Positions 9,389-18,792 of a DNA stretch of 64,000 nt are shown here, one piece after another. Source of the stretch: Candidatus Cloacimonadales bacterium (lineage in GTDB: Bacteria; Cloacimonadota; Cloacimonadia; Cloacimonadales; JAIOQZ01); contig CAXXTU010000002.1 of the NCBI GenBank assembly GCA_963662655.2, forward strand, positions 2,784,001 through 2,848,000. Direction: 5' to 3'. Below the pieces are notes generated by a model that saw nothing but the letters and a program-made list of their open reading frames with translations, made no database searches and was not told the DNA's origin. The position numbers and the translations under genes are program-made. Numbering within the stretch: the first letter of the stretch is position 1; each line of letters opens with the position of its first letter.

Positions 9389-11725
9389 CTATTCCGTACG
9401 CAGCGAGCTTGCGGGGTCTTGCATGGCGGCGTTCACGACCTTGATACCGAGCGTTGTGATCGCCACGACAAATACGGCCAGGATCGGCAGAGCGAAATCG
9501 TACCACTGCATCCTGATGTGGAACTGGAAGATATCGAGAAACTTCTGCGAGAAGAACCACGCCAGGGCGATCGCCGGTAGGATGGATATCCCGATCAGCG
9601 CCAGGAATTCTTTCATCAAAAGGTAGGAAGTCTGCATCACGGATGCGCCCAGAACTTTCCGGATTCCGATTTCTCTTGTACGTTGACGAACGATGAATGC
9701 ACTCAAACCGAACAATCCCATGCAGGAAATAAATGCGGCAAACACCGCGAACCAGATGACAATATTGCGTGATCTCTCGAATCCGCGATACTCGTCCCGG
9801 ATCATGGTATCGAGGAAATTGTAGGAGAAGGGAACGCCGGGTGCGACCTCCAGTGAAACGTTCCGGATGTGCTCGAGGGAGCCGGCGATATCGTCCGGCG
9901 CGATTTTCACCAGATAATAGCTCCGAAACCACTGAAGCTGGCAGATCAGCATGGGGAGGATGTCCTCCGTGACCGGCCGGTTATGGTAATCCTTGATAAC
10001 CCCGACAATCGTTCCTTCGCTTTCCCACATCGTGAATTTCTTTCCGATGGGATCATCCATGCCCATGAGCGATACGGCCTTTTCGTTGACGATGTACTCG
10101 ATGTCTGGAGAATACTTGGGTTTTTCGGAGAAGTTCCTGCCGGCAACAAGCTGCAGATTCATCACATCGAGATAATGATCGTCGGTCAGCAGGAAGTAGA
10201 AGATTGTCACATCGTCGCTGGGCTTCCCTTCCCAATCGACGGTATTGATATTCCACACGATGTTGGGAGGAGACGATATTTCCGTCATGTCGATAATGTT
10301 GGGATGCTCGACGAGTTTTTGCCTGAGCACGTCGATCTTGCTGTCGTATTCGTCGTGATAATCCAGGCATACGATAAGGTCCTGATTGAACCCGAGGTCC
10401 TTGGTGTGGATGTATTTGAACTGCCTAATGATGACGAACGAACAGATCAGCAGCGTTATCGTTGCGAAGAACTGGAAAACGAGAAGCGCTTTGCGAAACA
10501 GTTGATTGGGTTTCGAATTGGATCCGCCCTTCAGCACTGTGATGGAATCGATGGTCGAAAGGTAGATTGCCGGATAGAGGCCGGCGATCAACCCCGCGAA
10601 AAGTACGATGACCGGAACACTGAGGATCAGCACGGGATTGGTGTAGCGCATCGCGATACCGGAGCCGGCAAGCCGATTGAACAGTGGATAGGCAACCTCG
10701 ACGAGCAAGAGCGAAATCAAGATGGCGATCACCACCATGATCATCGCCTCCAGAACGAATTGCTGGATGATCTGTCCCCGAACGGCCCCAACTACCTTTC
10801 GGATACCGACTTCGCGCGAGCGGGTCAGCGCACGGGCCATGGCTAGATTGAGATAGTTGATGCAGGCGATCACCAGGATCGAAAGCCCGACGATGCTGAA
10901 GATGATGACGTAAATCAGGCTGGCAGGCCGATCGAGGGTATCGTAAAGGTGGATGCGAGAGAACGACTGGATCCCGACATCGTTGACATCGGCGTCTCTC
11001 GGGCTCAAATCACGTAGGGAGCTTTTGATTTTCGCTCTGAAATCCTCGATGTTCACCCCGGGCTCCAGCAGAATCATGCCTTCCAGTTCATAGCTCCAGC
11101 TATTGAGAACCCGCTCCCCGAGAATGCTCAGCGGGAATATGTAATCGAACTGGATGCTCGATTCACCGGGCGGGTCCTCCACGATACCGGTAACGCGATA
11201 GAGCTCTTCGTTATTGATCTGTAGCATCTTCCCGATCGGATCATCACCGGCAAACAGCTTTGTGGCTGTCGATTGCGTGATCATCACCGACAGAGGATCC
11301 TGCAGCGCTTCCTTGGGATCGCCTACCAGAAGGGGGAAGTCGAACAGGTTGAAAAATCCCGGATCGGTAAGGATGACGCGGTTTTCGTTGAATACAAGAT
11401 CGCCGTACGTAACGACTGTGTTTTCAGAACTTTGTAGGCGGGTTCCGTCGACGATTTCCGGAAAGGTTTTCATCATCTCGGGAACGAGGCGGTAGGGGAT
11501 GATATTGCTTGCCTGGCGCTCACCGTTCTCGGTTCCCTCCAGGTGCACCTGATAAAGTCGGGGAAGACTCTTGTGAAATCGATCGAAGCGCAGCTCGCGC
11601 TGTACCCATAACATCAGCAGGAGGCTAACGGATATCCCGATTGAGAGTCCGGCCAGGTTCAGAAGGGAAAAACCGGGGTGGCGAAGCAGGTTACGAATCG
11701 CAGTTTTCAGATAGTTCTTCCACAC
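9389..11725 (-). CDS. MacB/FtsX-type ABC transporter permease (duplicated domain)
   Basis: KNYLKTAIRNL start, two REVGIRKVVGA / REIGIRKVLGAS motifs, ends PASSLRTE. GTG start after AGGAG. Confidence 0.9.
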   Translation of the reverse strand: MWKNYLKTAIRNLLRHPGFSLLNLAGLSIGISVSLLLMLWVQRELRFDRFHKSLPRLYQVHLEGTENGERQASNIIPYRLVPEMMKTFPEIVDGTRLQSSENTVVTYGDLVFNENRVILTDPGFFNLFDFPLLVGDPKEALQDPLSVMITQSTATKLFAGDDPIGKMLQINNEELYRVTGIVEDPPGESSIQFDYIFPLSILGERVLNSWSYELEGMILLEPGVNIEDFRAKIKSSLRDLSPRDADVNDVGIQSFSRIHLYDTLDRPASLIYVIIFSIVGLSILVIACINYLNLAMARALTRSREVGIRKVVGAVRGQIIQQFVLEAMIMVVIAILISLLLVEVAYPLFNRLAGSGIAMRYTNPVLILSVPVIVLFAGLIAGLYPAIYLSTIDSITVLKGGSNSKPNQLFRKALLVFQFFATITLLICSFVIIRQFKYIHTKDLGFNQDLIVCLDYHDEYDSKIDVLRQKLVEHPNIIDMTEISSPPNIVWNINTVDWEGKPSDDVTIFYFLLTDDHYLDVMNLQLVAGRNFSEKPKYSPDIEYIVNEKAVSLMGMDDPIGKKFTMWESEGTIVGVIKDYHNRPVTEDILPMLICQLQWFRSYYLVKIAPDDIAGSLEHIRNVSLEVAPGVPFSYNFLDTMIRDEYRGFERSRNIVIWFAVFAAFISCMGLFGLSAFIVRQRTREIGIRKVLGASVMQTSYLLMKEFLALIGISILPAIALAWFFSQKFLDIFQFHIRMQWYDFALPILAVFVVAITTLGIKVVNAAMQDPASSLRTE

Positions 11726-11873
11726 ATTCAACTCCTGTAATTTATGTTTTTCATATCCAAATAAGCGTACTTGTTTCCCGTACCTCTTCGCCGGTAAACC
11801 TCTCAAAGAGCTACCGGGAGGCGTACATCGAACCTGTACTGCACCTGCAAGATCGATGCCATTCTGTTGATAT

Positions 11874-13073
11874 CTAGAAATGAATGTGCGTGTAGAGCAC
11901 CTCTTTCGGGAACCATGATTCCAGAATCTGCATGGCTTCTTTACCCGCTTTCTGGATCATGCCGCGGTAGAGAATCTCCCCGGGGTCCATCGCCCCGTAG
12001 ACCAGGCTGGAGAGTCCGCGTATGTCCATCTCGACATCCGCAAACACCCGCGTGGGTTTCGCGTGGAGCTTTTCACCGTCCGATACAACTTCCCAAGTAC
12101 CGTTGTTCCATTCGCAGAGGGGATCAGTGACCTCAATTTTAAGGCTGCCTTCGCGCGTAGCAGGGAGATCGTTCAACGCCCCCGCGACATCCATCACGCG
12201 TACCATCCAGGGATTAAATCCCGCTTTCGGCGTTATCAGCATGCCGGAATCGACGAACCATTCGTAGATGTTGAAGCCTTGCGGTAACTGAATCCAAAGC
12301 TCGCCCACCTGCTCGAAGTGCCGCGAGAAGAAATGGAGGATCGCGTCGCGCGCCTGGCGATCGCTATAGAGGAAATCCTCGACATCGAGCCGCGTCTTTC
12401 GTTCGTGCTCAACAGCTTTCTTGGTGTAGATCGCCGAGGCGCGGATTCCACTCCGGTCTCTCGCGATAATCACCAGCCGGTCTTTTCTGACTTCTTCCAG
12501 AAAGCCATTATGGATTTCTCGGGGGCTCACGTATCCGTTGTGCATTTTGAACCCCTGCTTGTGGGCGTAATCGAGGAACTCGGTCCAGTCGGAGCTGCTA
12601 TCGAGCATCTGGTATTGGAGGTCGCCCATGTTATCAAAATCGAGGTAGTGACGCACTGCGCGCATGTTGACTTCCACCCGCATGGTTTGCCAGGTCCCCA
12701 CGTAGCCGAACATCTCGTAGTAGGTGCGCTTGAACGGCGAGAGCATACTCACGGGAATATTCAGCTCCCGCATCTCATCGAAAACCACCTCGAAAAGCTT
12801 GCGGATGTGTCCCTTGCGACGGTGGATCGGGTTGGTAATGACTGCCCCGATTCCGCCCATTCTCTTGGGAACGCCCCGCACCGACTGCACAAGCCGGTGG
12901 TTTACCATCCCCGATTCGATTTTCCCGTCCAGGAAGATCGCCCAGGTGTGATCGTGCAGGAACCAGATAAATTCGTGTTCTTTGACTTCTCCGTCGTGCC
13001 AGTTGCCGAACGCATAGCGGCATAGCTTGTAGTATTCTTTTCTTTCTTCAGAAGTAATCTTGCGGATTTCCAT
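11874..13073 (-). CDS. Eis-like GNAT acetyltransferase with C-terminal SCP2-like domain
   Basis: GGIGAVITNPIHRRKGH, SMLSPFKRTYYEMFGY, VRVMDVAGAL and DPLCEWNNG motifs. Confidence 0.85.
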   Translation of the reverse strand: MEIRKITSEERKEYYKLCRYAFGNWHDGEVKEHEFIWFLHDHTWAIFLDGKIESGMVNHRLVQSVRGVPKRMGGIGAVITNPIHRRKGHIRKLFEVVFDEMRELNIPVSMLSPFKRTYYEMFGYVGTWQTMRVEVNMRAVRHYLDFDNMGDLQYQMLDSSSDWTEFLDYAHKQGFKMHNGYVSPREIHNGFLEEVRKDRLVIIARDRSGIRASAIYTKKAVEHERKTRLDVEDFLYSDRQARDAILHFFSRHFEQVGELWIQLPQGFNIYEWFVDSGMLITPKAGFNPWMVRVMDVAGALNDLPATREGSLKIEVTDPLCEWNNGTWEVVSDGEKLHAKPTRVFADVEMDIRGLSSLVYGAMDPGEILYRGMIQKAGKEAMQILESWFPKEVLYTHIHF

Positions 13074-13084
13074 TGCAGCCTCCA

Positions 13085-13747
13085 TCAGTTATAGCGTTTC
13101 GCGATGAACAGGAAAAGGGAATATAGGATTGGCATTGCCAGAACAAAGACGATAACGACGTTCATGAAACCGATGCGGGGATCGATAAACTGTTGCAACG
13201 TGCCGGAGACGATGAACAAGACGCCCCCGCCGGTGTAACACCAGCCCATGAACCGCGAGACGCGCTCCCAGTAGTCCTTCCACCTGTCGTAGCGCCGGGG
13301 ATCGATGGGGATGGTGGTGACGAAGGGCATGGTGGGCAGGATTCGGCCAATGGCGATGAACAGCGCTCCCACCAGGATCCCCATCACCAGGGGAATATAA
13401 CCGAAGCCGGGGTGAATGGCCAGCATCAAGGTAAAGAGATGAAAGCAGGCGAAAAAGGGTATCAGGATATTCGCCATGAGCGGCATGATGTGCAGCGCTT
13501 CCCGGTATTTCCGGTTCTTCTTGGCGAGTTGCGCGGGAAGGAAGGCGAACATGAGCAGGAGGAAGATGTTCAGTCCCAGGAAGAGATAAACGCCTTCGGA
13601 CTTGCCGGCGTAGCGATCGATTTCCCCAAAAATGTTCCAGTGGGCGGGGATACGCGCGTCGTCCGGCAGCGCCGCGCCGATATACAGCGCAACGGCAACC
13701 TGCACGACGATCGCGATGATGCTGATGCGATACATGCCCCATTTCAT
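13085..13747 (-). CDS. DUF1648 / SdpI-like membrane protein
   Basis: LPDDARIPAHWNIFGEIDRY motif and about 6 TM helices; GGAGG RBS before ATG 13747. Confidence 0.75.
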   Translation of the reverse strand: MKWGMYRISIIAIVVQVAVALYIGAALPDDARIPAHWNIFGEIDRYAGKSEGVYLFLGLNIFLLLMFAFLPAQLAKKNRKYREALHIMPLMANILIPFFACFHLFTLMLAIHPGFGYIPLVMGILVGALFIAIGRILPTMPFVTTIPIDPRRYDRWKDYWERVSRFMGWCYTGGGVLFIVSGTLQQFIDPRIGFMNVVIVFVLAMPILYSLFLFIAKRYN

Positions 13748-13953
13748 AGACGACCTCCTCTGATTACGCCTTAACAAGGCCACGCGCATTGTTTTCTGTC
13801 AATGATTTAATGCTGCCAAGCGCGTATTTGACACCGCCTGTCACAATAATCCCGCAGCATAACATCCCGTCACCCGAACCGCCCAAAAGTAAAAGAATTG
13901 ACACAATTAACCATCGGATCCATACCTTGCGCATCCACATCCTGGAGGTTTTT

Positions 13954-15087
13954 ATGCGATATTTCTGGCTGGTTCTTCTCGTGATTATCCTTTCGACCAT
14001 TAGCGCCGTACCCAATGCAAACACCCTGCGTGTCCCCGTTCAGATTGATAGCCAGACGGTGATAATACAAGTGATTATGCCTGCCGATACGACAGTATCC
14101 GCGCCTGCGCCCACAACCGGATTATCCATAAAAGATGTAGAGAAGATTATCGAGATGAGCGGTGAGTATGGAAGGAGCAGGATGGAGTGGTTGGATAAGT
14201 TTTTGACTGCCTTAGGAGTGCTGTTGGCAGGTGTGTCTGTCATCGTAGTCGTTTTTATTGCAACGGGATGGGTTAATCGAAAGGAGATGAAGGAGGAGGT
14301 TGGAGAGATCAAAAAGGACGCTTTGGATTTAAAAAGAAAGCTTGAAGAGGATGTGGAAAGAGTAAAGAAAGAGTTCGGTAGTAGTAAAAGACAATACGAT
14401 ATGATGAAGGCGCGAACGGAAGACAAGATACAAGAATTCCGCCAAAAAGTGGAAGGCATTGCCCTGAATCTTGATAAAATTGATGACGAAATGACAGTTC
14501 TGAACGAGAAGCAGAAGTATGAAATGGAGGAGTACATCAGAGTCACGGAATTGCTTTGTTTGTTTGGTGATGAGCTGAAAGATGAAGAGTATTATTATCG
14601 CTGGAAGGCATTCATGCTTTTACAGAAATACTACTATGCAATTGAGGAAGTTGATTGTCGTTTGAAGACAGATAGTACACAACAAGACTGGCTTGAACGA
14701 GGTGCTATTGCAGCATTCGGAGCAGGAGAATATTCGCAGTCCTTGCAATATTCCGCGAGACTTATCGAGCAATATCCACAGAGTGTCATTTCATGGTACA
14801 ACAAGGGTGTTGTCTTGGATAAACTCGGTCGTTCTGAAGAAGCTCTCGCAGCATTTAATGAAGCGCTCAGGATTGATCCTAAGTTTACAGATTCATGGTT
14901 CAATAAAGCCTGCGCCTTATCCTTTCTCAAACGCAAAGACGAAATGCTTGAAAGTCTGAAGAAAGCAATTGAACTCGACGGAAATCATCGAAAACAAGCC
15001 CGAGAGGACGAAGACTTCAAAGCCTACTGGGACGATCCCGACTTCATCGCACTGACGAAGGACGACGACGAAGAGAAAAAGGAATAA
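13954..15087 (+). CDS. Membrane-anchored coiled-coil / TPR protein
   Basis: Signal peptide, one TM helix, coiled coil, TPRs (SWYNKGVVL..., SWFNKACAL...) and the AREDEDF C-terminal motif; GGAGG RBS. Confidence 0.8.
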   Translation: MRYFWLVLLVIILSTISAVPNANTLRVPVQIDSQTVIIQVIMPADTTVSAPAPTTGLSIKDVEKIIEMSGEYGRSRMEWLDKFLTALGVLLAGVSVIVVVFIATGWVNRKEMKEEVGEIKKDALDLKRKLEEDVERVKKEFGSSKRQYDMMKARTEDKIQEFRQKVEGIALNLDKIDDEMTVLNEKQKYEMEEYIRVTELLCLFGDELKDEEYYYRWKAFMLLQKYYYAIEEVDCRLKTDSTQQDWLERGAIAAFGAGEYSQSLQYSARLIEQYPQSVISWYNKGVVLDKLGRSEEALAAFNEALRIDPKFTDSWFNKACALSFLKRKDEMLESLKKAIELDGNHRKQAREDEDFKAYWDDPDFIALTKDDDEEKKE

Positions 15088-15116
15088 CCCCCCTTTATCC
15101 CCCCTTGATAAGGGGG
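15088..15116. repeat. CCCCCTT-n-AAGGGGG REP-like palindrome
   Basis: CCCCCCTTTATCCCCCCTTGATAAGGGGG directly after the stop codon. Confidence 0.5.
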
Positions 15117-15131
15117 TGAGAGAAGAGAATA

Positions 15132-15166
15132 TGAAAACCTCCACGGGTTGCCCCGCGGAGGTTTCA
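15132..15166. terminator. Probable bidirectional intrinsic terminator
   Basis: TGAAAACCTCCACGGG-TTGC-CCCGCGGAGGTTTCA hairpin between convergent genes. Confidence 0.65.
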
Positions 15167-15186
15167 ATGTATTCAGCGATGGACGC

Positions 15187-16335
15187 TTAGAATTCCTTGA
15201 GCAGGTTCGCGGCGATGATGGAGCGCTGCACCTGGTTGGTGCCCTCGTAGATCTGGGTGATCTTGGCGTCGCGCATCATCTTCTCGACCGGGTATTCCTT
15301 CATGTAGCCGTATCCGCCGAGAATCTGCACAGCATCCACGGTAACCTTCATGGCCACGTCGGACGCAAAAGTCTTGCACATGGCGGATTCCTTGCTGAAC
15401 TTCTTGCAGCCGGAATCGATCATGCGGCTTGTGGCGTACACCAGCGCGCGCGCGGCTTCGATCTGCGTCGCCATATCGGCCAGCATAAACTGGATGGCCT
15501 GGAAGCTTGAGATCGGCTTGCCGAACTGCTTGCGCTCTTTCGAGTACTTCGCGGCTTCCTCGTACGCGCCCTGTGCGATACCCACGGCCTGCGATCCCAC
15601 CATCGGGCGGGACTTGTCGAAGGTCTTCATCGCGATCATGAATCCCTGACCTTCCTTGCCGATCAGGTTTTCCTTCGGTACGCGGCAGTCTTCGAAGACC
15701 AGCTCGCGGGTCGCGGATGCGCGGATACCCATCTTGTCTTCCTTCTTACCGAAGCTGAATCCCGGGGTTCCCTTCTCCACGATGATGCAGGAAGCGCCAC
15801 GAGCGCCCTTGGCCTTGTCGGTAAGCGCGAAAACGGTGTAGATGTCCGCCTCGCCGCCGTTGGTGATCCACTGCTTGGTGCCGTTGATCACGTAGTGGTC
15901 GCCATCGAGTATCGCGGTGGTCTCAATACCGCCGGCGTCTGAGCCTGCGTTGGCTTCGGTGAGGCCGAACGCGCAAAGGCGGGTACCTTCGGCCACGTCG
16001 GGCAGGTACTTCTGCTTCTGCTCTTCGGAACCGCTGATGAGGATCGGGTACATCCCCAGTCCGGTCGCGCCGAATCCGAGCGCCGAGCCTGCGTCAACGC
16101 GACTGAGCTCTTCCGTCACGATGGAGAGGTCGAGAACCTTACCGCTGATTCCGCCGTACTCTTCCGGTACGAGGATGGCAAAAAGGTCGGTTTGGGCGAT
16201 CGCCTTCACGACGTCCCATGAAAATTCGTTATTCTCGTCAAGGTGCTGACGAATGGGTTTCAGTTTTTCTTCTGCAACTTTGCGAGCGATCTCTTTGATC
16301 TCGAGCTGCTCATCGGTCAAAAAATAATCCATCAT
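15187..16335 (-). CDS. Acyl-CoA dehydrogenase (butyryl-CoA dehydrogenase-like)
   Basis: AFGLTEANAGSDA, NGTKQWITNG, GGYGYMKEYPVEKMMRDAKITQIYEGTNQ. Confidence 0.95.
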   Translation of the reverse strand: MMDYFLTDEQLEIKEIARKVAEEKLKPIRQHLDENNEFSWDVVKAIAQTDLFAILVPEEYGGISGKVLDLSIVTEELSRVDAGSALGFGATGLGMYPILISGSEEQKQKYLPDVAEGTRLCAFGLTEANAGSDAGGIETTAILDGDHYVINGTKQWITNGGEADIYTVFALTDKAKGARGASCIIVEKGTPGFSFGKKEDKMGIRASATRELVFEDCRVPKENLIGKEGQGFMIAMKTFDKSRPMVGSQAVGIAQGAYEEAAKYSKERKQFGKPISSFQAIQFMLADMATQIEAARALVYATSRMIDSGCKKFSKESAMCKTFASDVAMKVTVDAVQILGGYGYMKEYPVEKMMRDAKITQIYEGTNQVQRSIIAANLLKEF

Positions 16336-16581
16336 TCCTCCAATGAAAGCATATTTCTCATTTTCAATCCATTTTTATGAACGATCTTTTTTCCGCAAGA
16401 TTTTTATCGTGCGGAATATTTCCATCGCCGATTATATTGTTGTAGATTGCGTAGATACATTGTGATAGCGTGGGATAATCATTTTGATGATCGGTATTCA
16501 TAATTAATTGAAAATTATTGCTTGCCTGAAAAGGATGGCCTGCAAATGGTTGATCGCCGGGAAAAAGCTAAGGAAAGACAC

Positions 16582-18690
16582 ATGAAGAAGTTGATACTTT
16601 TTGCACTACTTGCAATTATGATCGTTGGCCTTCCGGCATTGAACCGAGAGTTCGCGCTATACAATCTCGAAGACTGGATACGAACCGATAACTCGAAACT
16701 CATTTCGACACGCCACCTGCTCGATGTTGCCGGAGTACCCTATACGGAGTTCTCTTCACTCGAGGAGTGCGTTGGCTACCAGTATATCATTTTCTCTTCC
16801 CGCATTTCATCAACCAGCCTGAGCAGTGCCGATACAAGCTTGCTCGAAAGCTATGTCCAGCAGGGAGGGATCGTTATCGCACCGCGCATGCAGGACCCGG
16901 ATTTGTACGGCGTTTTCGGTATTGGCGGCTATTCTCAGCTGAATAACCGCCGTCGTCTTACATGGCAGACAAACACGCCGGGTTACGATATGCTGGACGA
17001 TCCACTCGAACAGGAAATCAGCCTGGGGAGCAACTCGTACGAAGAAGTCATCTCAACGACAGACTTTCAGGTCACGACCGGCGAGACCTTCGCCCTCTAC
17101 GAAGATGGGGCAAATGCGGCAGTCAGGAATAGCTACGGAAGCGGTTTTGCATACACGTTGGGCGTCAGCTTCAAAGACGTAGTTCTGATGAACCAACTGG
17201 ATAAGGATTACAATGCGAACCGCACCTACTCAAACGGGTTTGAACCGACTTCCGATACCTTCTTCTTCGTGATACGCGGTATCTATCAGCTTCACACACC
17301 GTTTGGCGTATGGAAATACACGATTCCGGGCGAGAAACGTTCCGCCATGCTGATTACGCACGATGTCGACAGCCAGACAGCCATGGACTGGTGTGTCGAG
17401 TTCGCCCAAATGGAAAGGCTGAACGATGTTTCTTCAACTTACAACGTCACGACCAGATACTTCAGCGACTACTATATCGGTAACATGTGGATTCCGGAGA
17501 ACCTTGACGAGCTGAACCAACTCGCGTCATACGATCACATGATCGGCTCGCACTCCGTTACGCACGCGCCGGATTTCTCCAGTACGCGCTATTTCCCCGT
17601 CGGTTCCGCAGGAAACGACACGATCAATTACCGACCCCACTACGATGGAGAACACACAGCGGGTGGTACGGTTTATGGAGAACTGGAAGTATCCCGGGAT
17701 TTGCTCGTGCAAGAGCTCGGTGCCAATGTAATGGGATTCCGCAGCGGGCATCTGGCGTTCAACCCGATGCAATGCAACGTGCTGGACTCCCTCGGCTACC
17801 TCTTCGATTCCTCAATGAGCGCGAACGACGTTCTGACCAACTTTCCCTACTTCATGACCTACGACCAGTCGTACAACGGAGCGCTATCGAATATCCTGGA
17901 GTTGCCCATGACCATCTCCGATGTTGGCTGGGACGAAGAGACGCAGCAGGAAATGTATGAGATGTGGGTCGATATCACCGCAAGGAACGCTCGAAACTAC
18001 GCTCCCACGAACCTCCTGATTCACCCGAATCGAGAATGGAAACTCGAGCGCGAGCGGATGCTCATCGAAAACATGTCCGATGATATCCTTTTTATAACCA
18101 TGGAGGATTACGGCGATTTCTGGCGCCAGAGGCATCAGATCGATTTCAGCAGCTACATGCTCGGCGATACTCTGCTGATCGTGTTCGATTCGGAATTACC
18201 GGAGCGAAACGACCTCTCGTTTGTCATTACAGACGGAATGTCCCTTTCCCACGTTTCGCTGCAAACGTCCATTGGCGAGTTGATTGACTTCACGAGAATT
18301 TATAACCCCAACGGCGATCTTCAGTTAATCGTCGATCCATTCTCCGTTCATGCGCCACAAGCGTTTGCGATCCCGGAGAATGTTACAATCCAGCAGATCA
18401 ATGACGATGTGAAACTTACCTGGGACCCGGTTACAACGACGATTGAAGGCGAACCGGCTGTTCCCGACTACTATCTGGTGTTCTACAGTGAGTATCCCGA
18501 TAACGACGACCTCTTCTTCTATCACGGCTACACGACCGCCGCGCAGTATTTCCACTATGGAGTGCTTCAGTTTGCCGACAGCATGTACTACCGTGTCGTC
18601 GCATACAAGCGTCCCCCCCGAAGCCGGCGTAATGTGCCCGGAGACCTGATTCCGGGAGAAACAAGCCTGACGCGATTCCTCGATCGCTGA
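16582..18690 (+). CDS. Secreted polysaccharide deacetylase-like protein
   Basis: Signal peptide; LITHDVD, IGSHSVTH, GFRSGHL, YLFDSS, LELPMT and LLIHP are NodB/CE4-like motifs; beta-rich C-terminal domain. Confidence 0.7.
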   Translation: MKKLILFALLAIMIVGLPALNREFALYNLEDWIRTDNSKLISTRHLLDVAGVPYTEFSSLEECVGYQYIIFSSRISSTSLSSADTSLLESYVQQGGIVIAPRMQDPDLYGVFGIGGYSQLNNRRRLTWQTNTPGYDMLDDPLEQEISLGSNSYEEVISTTDFQVTTGETFALYEDGANAAVRNSYGSGFAYTLGVSFKDVVLMNQLDKDYNANRTYSNGFEPTSDTFFFVIRGIYQLHTPFGVWKYTIPGEKRSAMLITHDVDSQTAMDWCVEFAQMERLNDVSSTYNVTTRYFSDYYIGNMWIPENLDELNQLASYDHMIGSHSVTHAPDFSSTRYFPVGSAGNDTINYRPHYDGEHTAGGTVYGELEVSRDLLVQELGANVMGFRSGHLAFNPMQCNVLDSLGYLFDSSMSANDVLTNFPYFMTYDQSYNGALSNILELPMTISDVGWDEETQQEMYEMWVDITARNARNYAPTNLLIHPNREWKLERERMLIENMSDDILFITMEDYGDFWRQRHQIDFSSYMLGDTLLIVFDSELPERNDLSFVITDGMSLSHVSLQTSIGELIDFTRIYNPNGDLQLIVDPFSVHAPQAFAIPENVTIQQINDDVKLTWDPVTTTIEGEPAVPDYYLVFYSEYPDNDDLFFYHGYTTAAQYFHYGVLQFADSMYYRVVAYKRPPRSRRNVPGDLIPGETSLTRFLDR

Positions 18691-18704
18691 TCCTCCCTCC
18701 TCTT

Positions 18705-18720
18705 TGGCAGCGGTTTTGCA
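18705..18720 (+). promoter_or_regulatory. Candidate sigma-54 (-24/-12) promoter
   Basis: TGGCAG-CGGTT-TTGCA has the exact GG-N10-GC spacing, 72 bp upstream of ATG 18793. Confidence 0.5.
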
Positions 18721-18792
18721 TGAAGATCATTCAGTGAATCTTTGTGGAACATCCGATATGTCATAAGCTTGCTCAGCTTGTAGGAGAAGGGT

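Noticed and set aside
11780..11850. Possible fifth copy of the hairpin repeat (TCTTCGCCGG...ATCGAACCTGT)
   Set aside because: It forms a different hairpin and lacks the CGATC/GATCG arms and the ATATA/AACA loop.
16470..16495. Fur-like boxes (GATAATCATTTT at about 16474; GATAATGATAA at about 49859)
   Set aside because: Only partial matches in AT-rich DNA, and the neighbouring genes are not iron-related.
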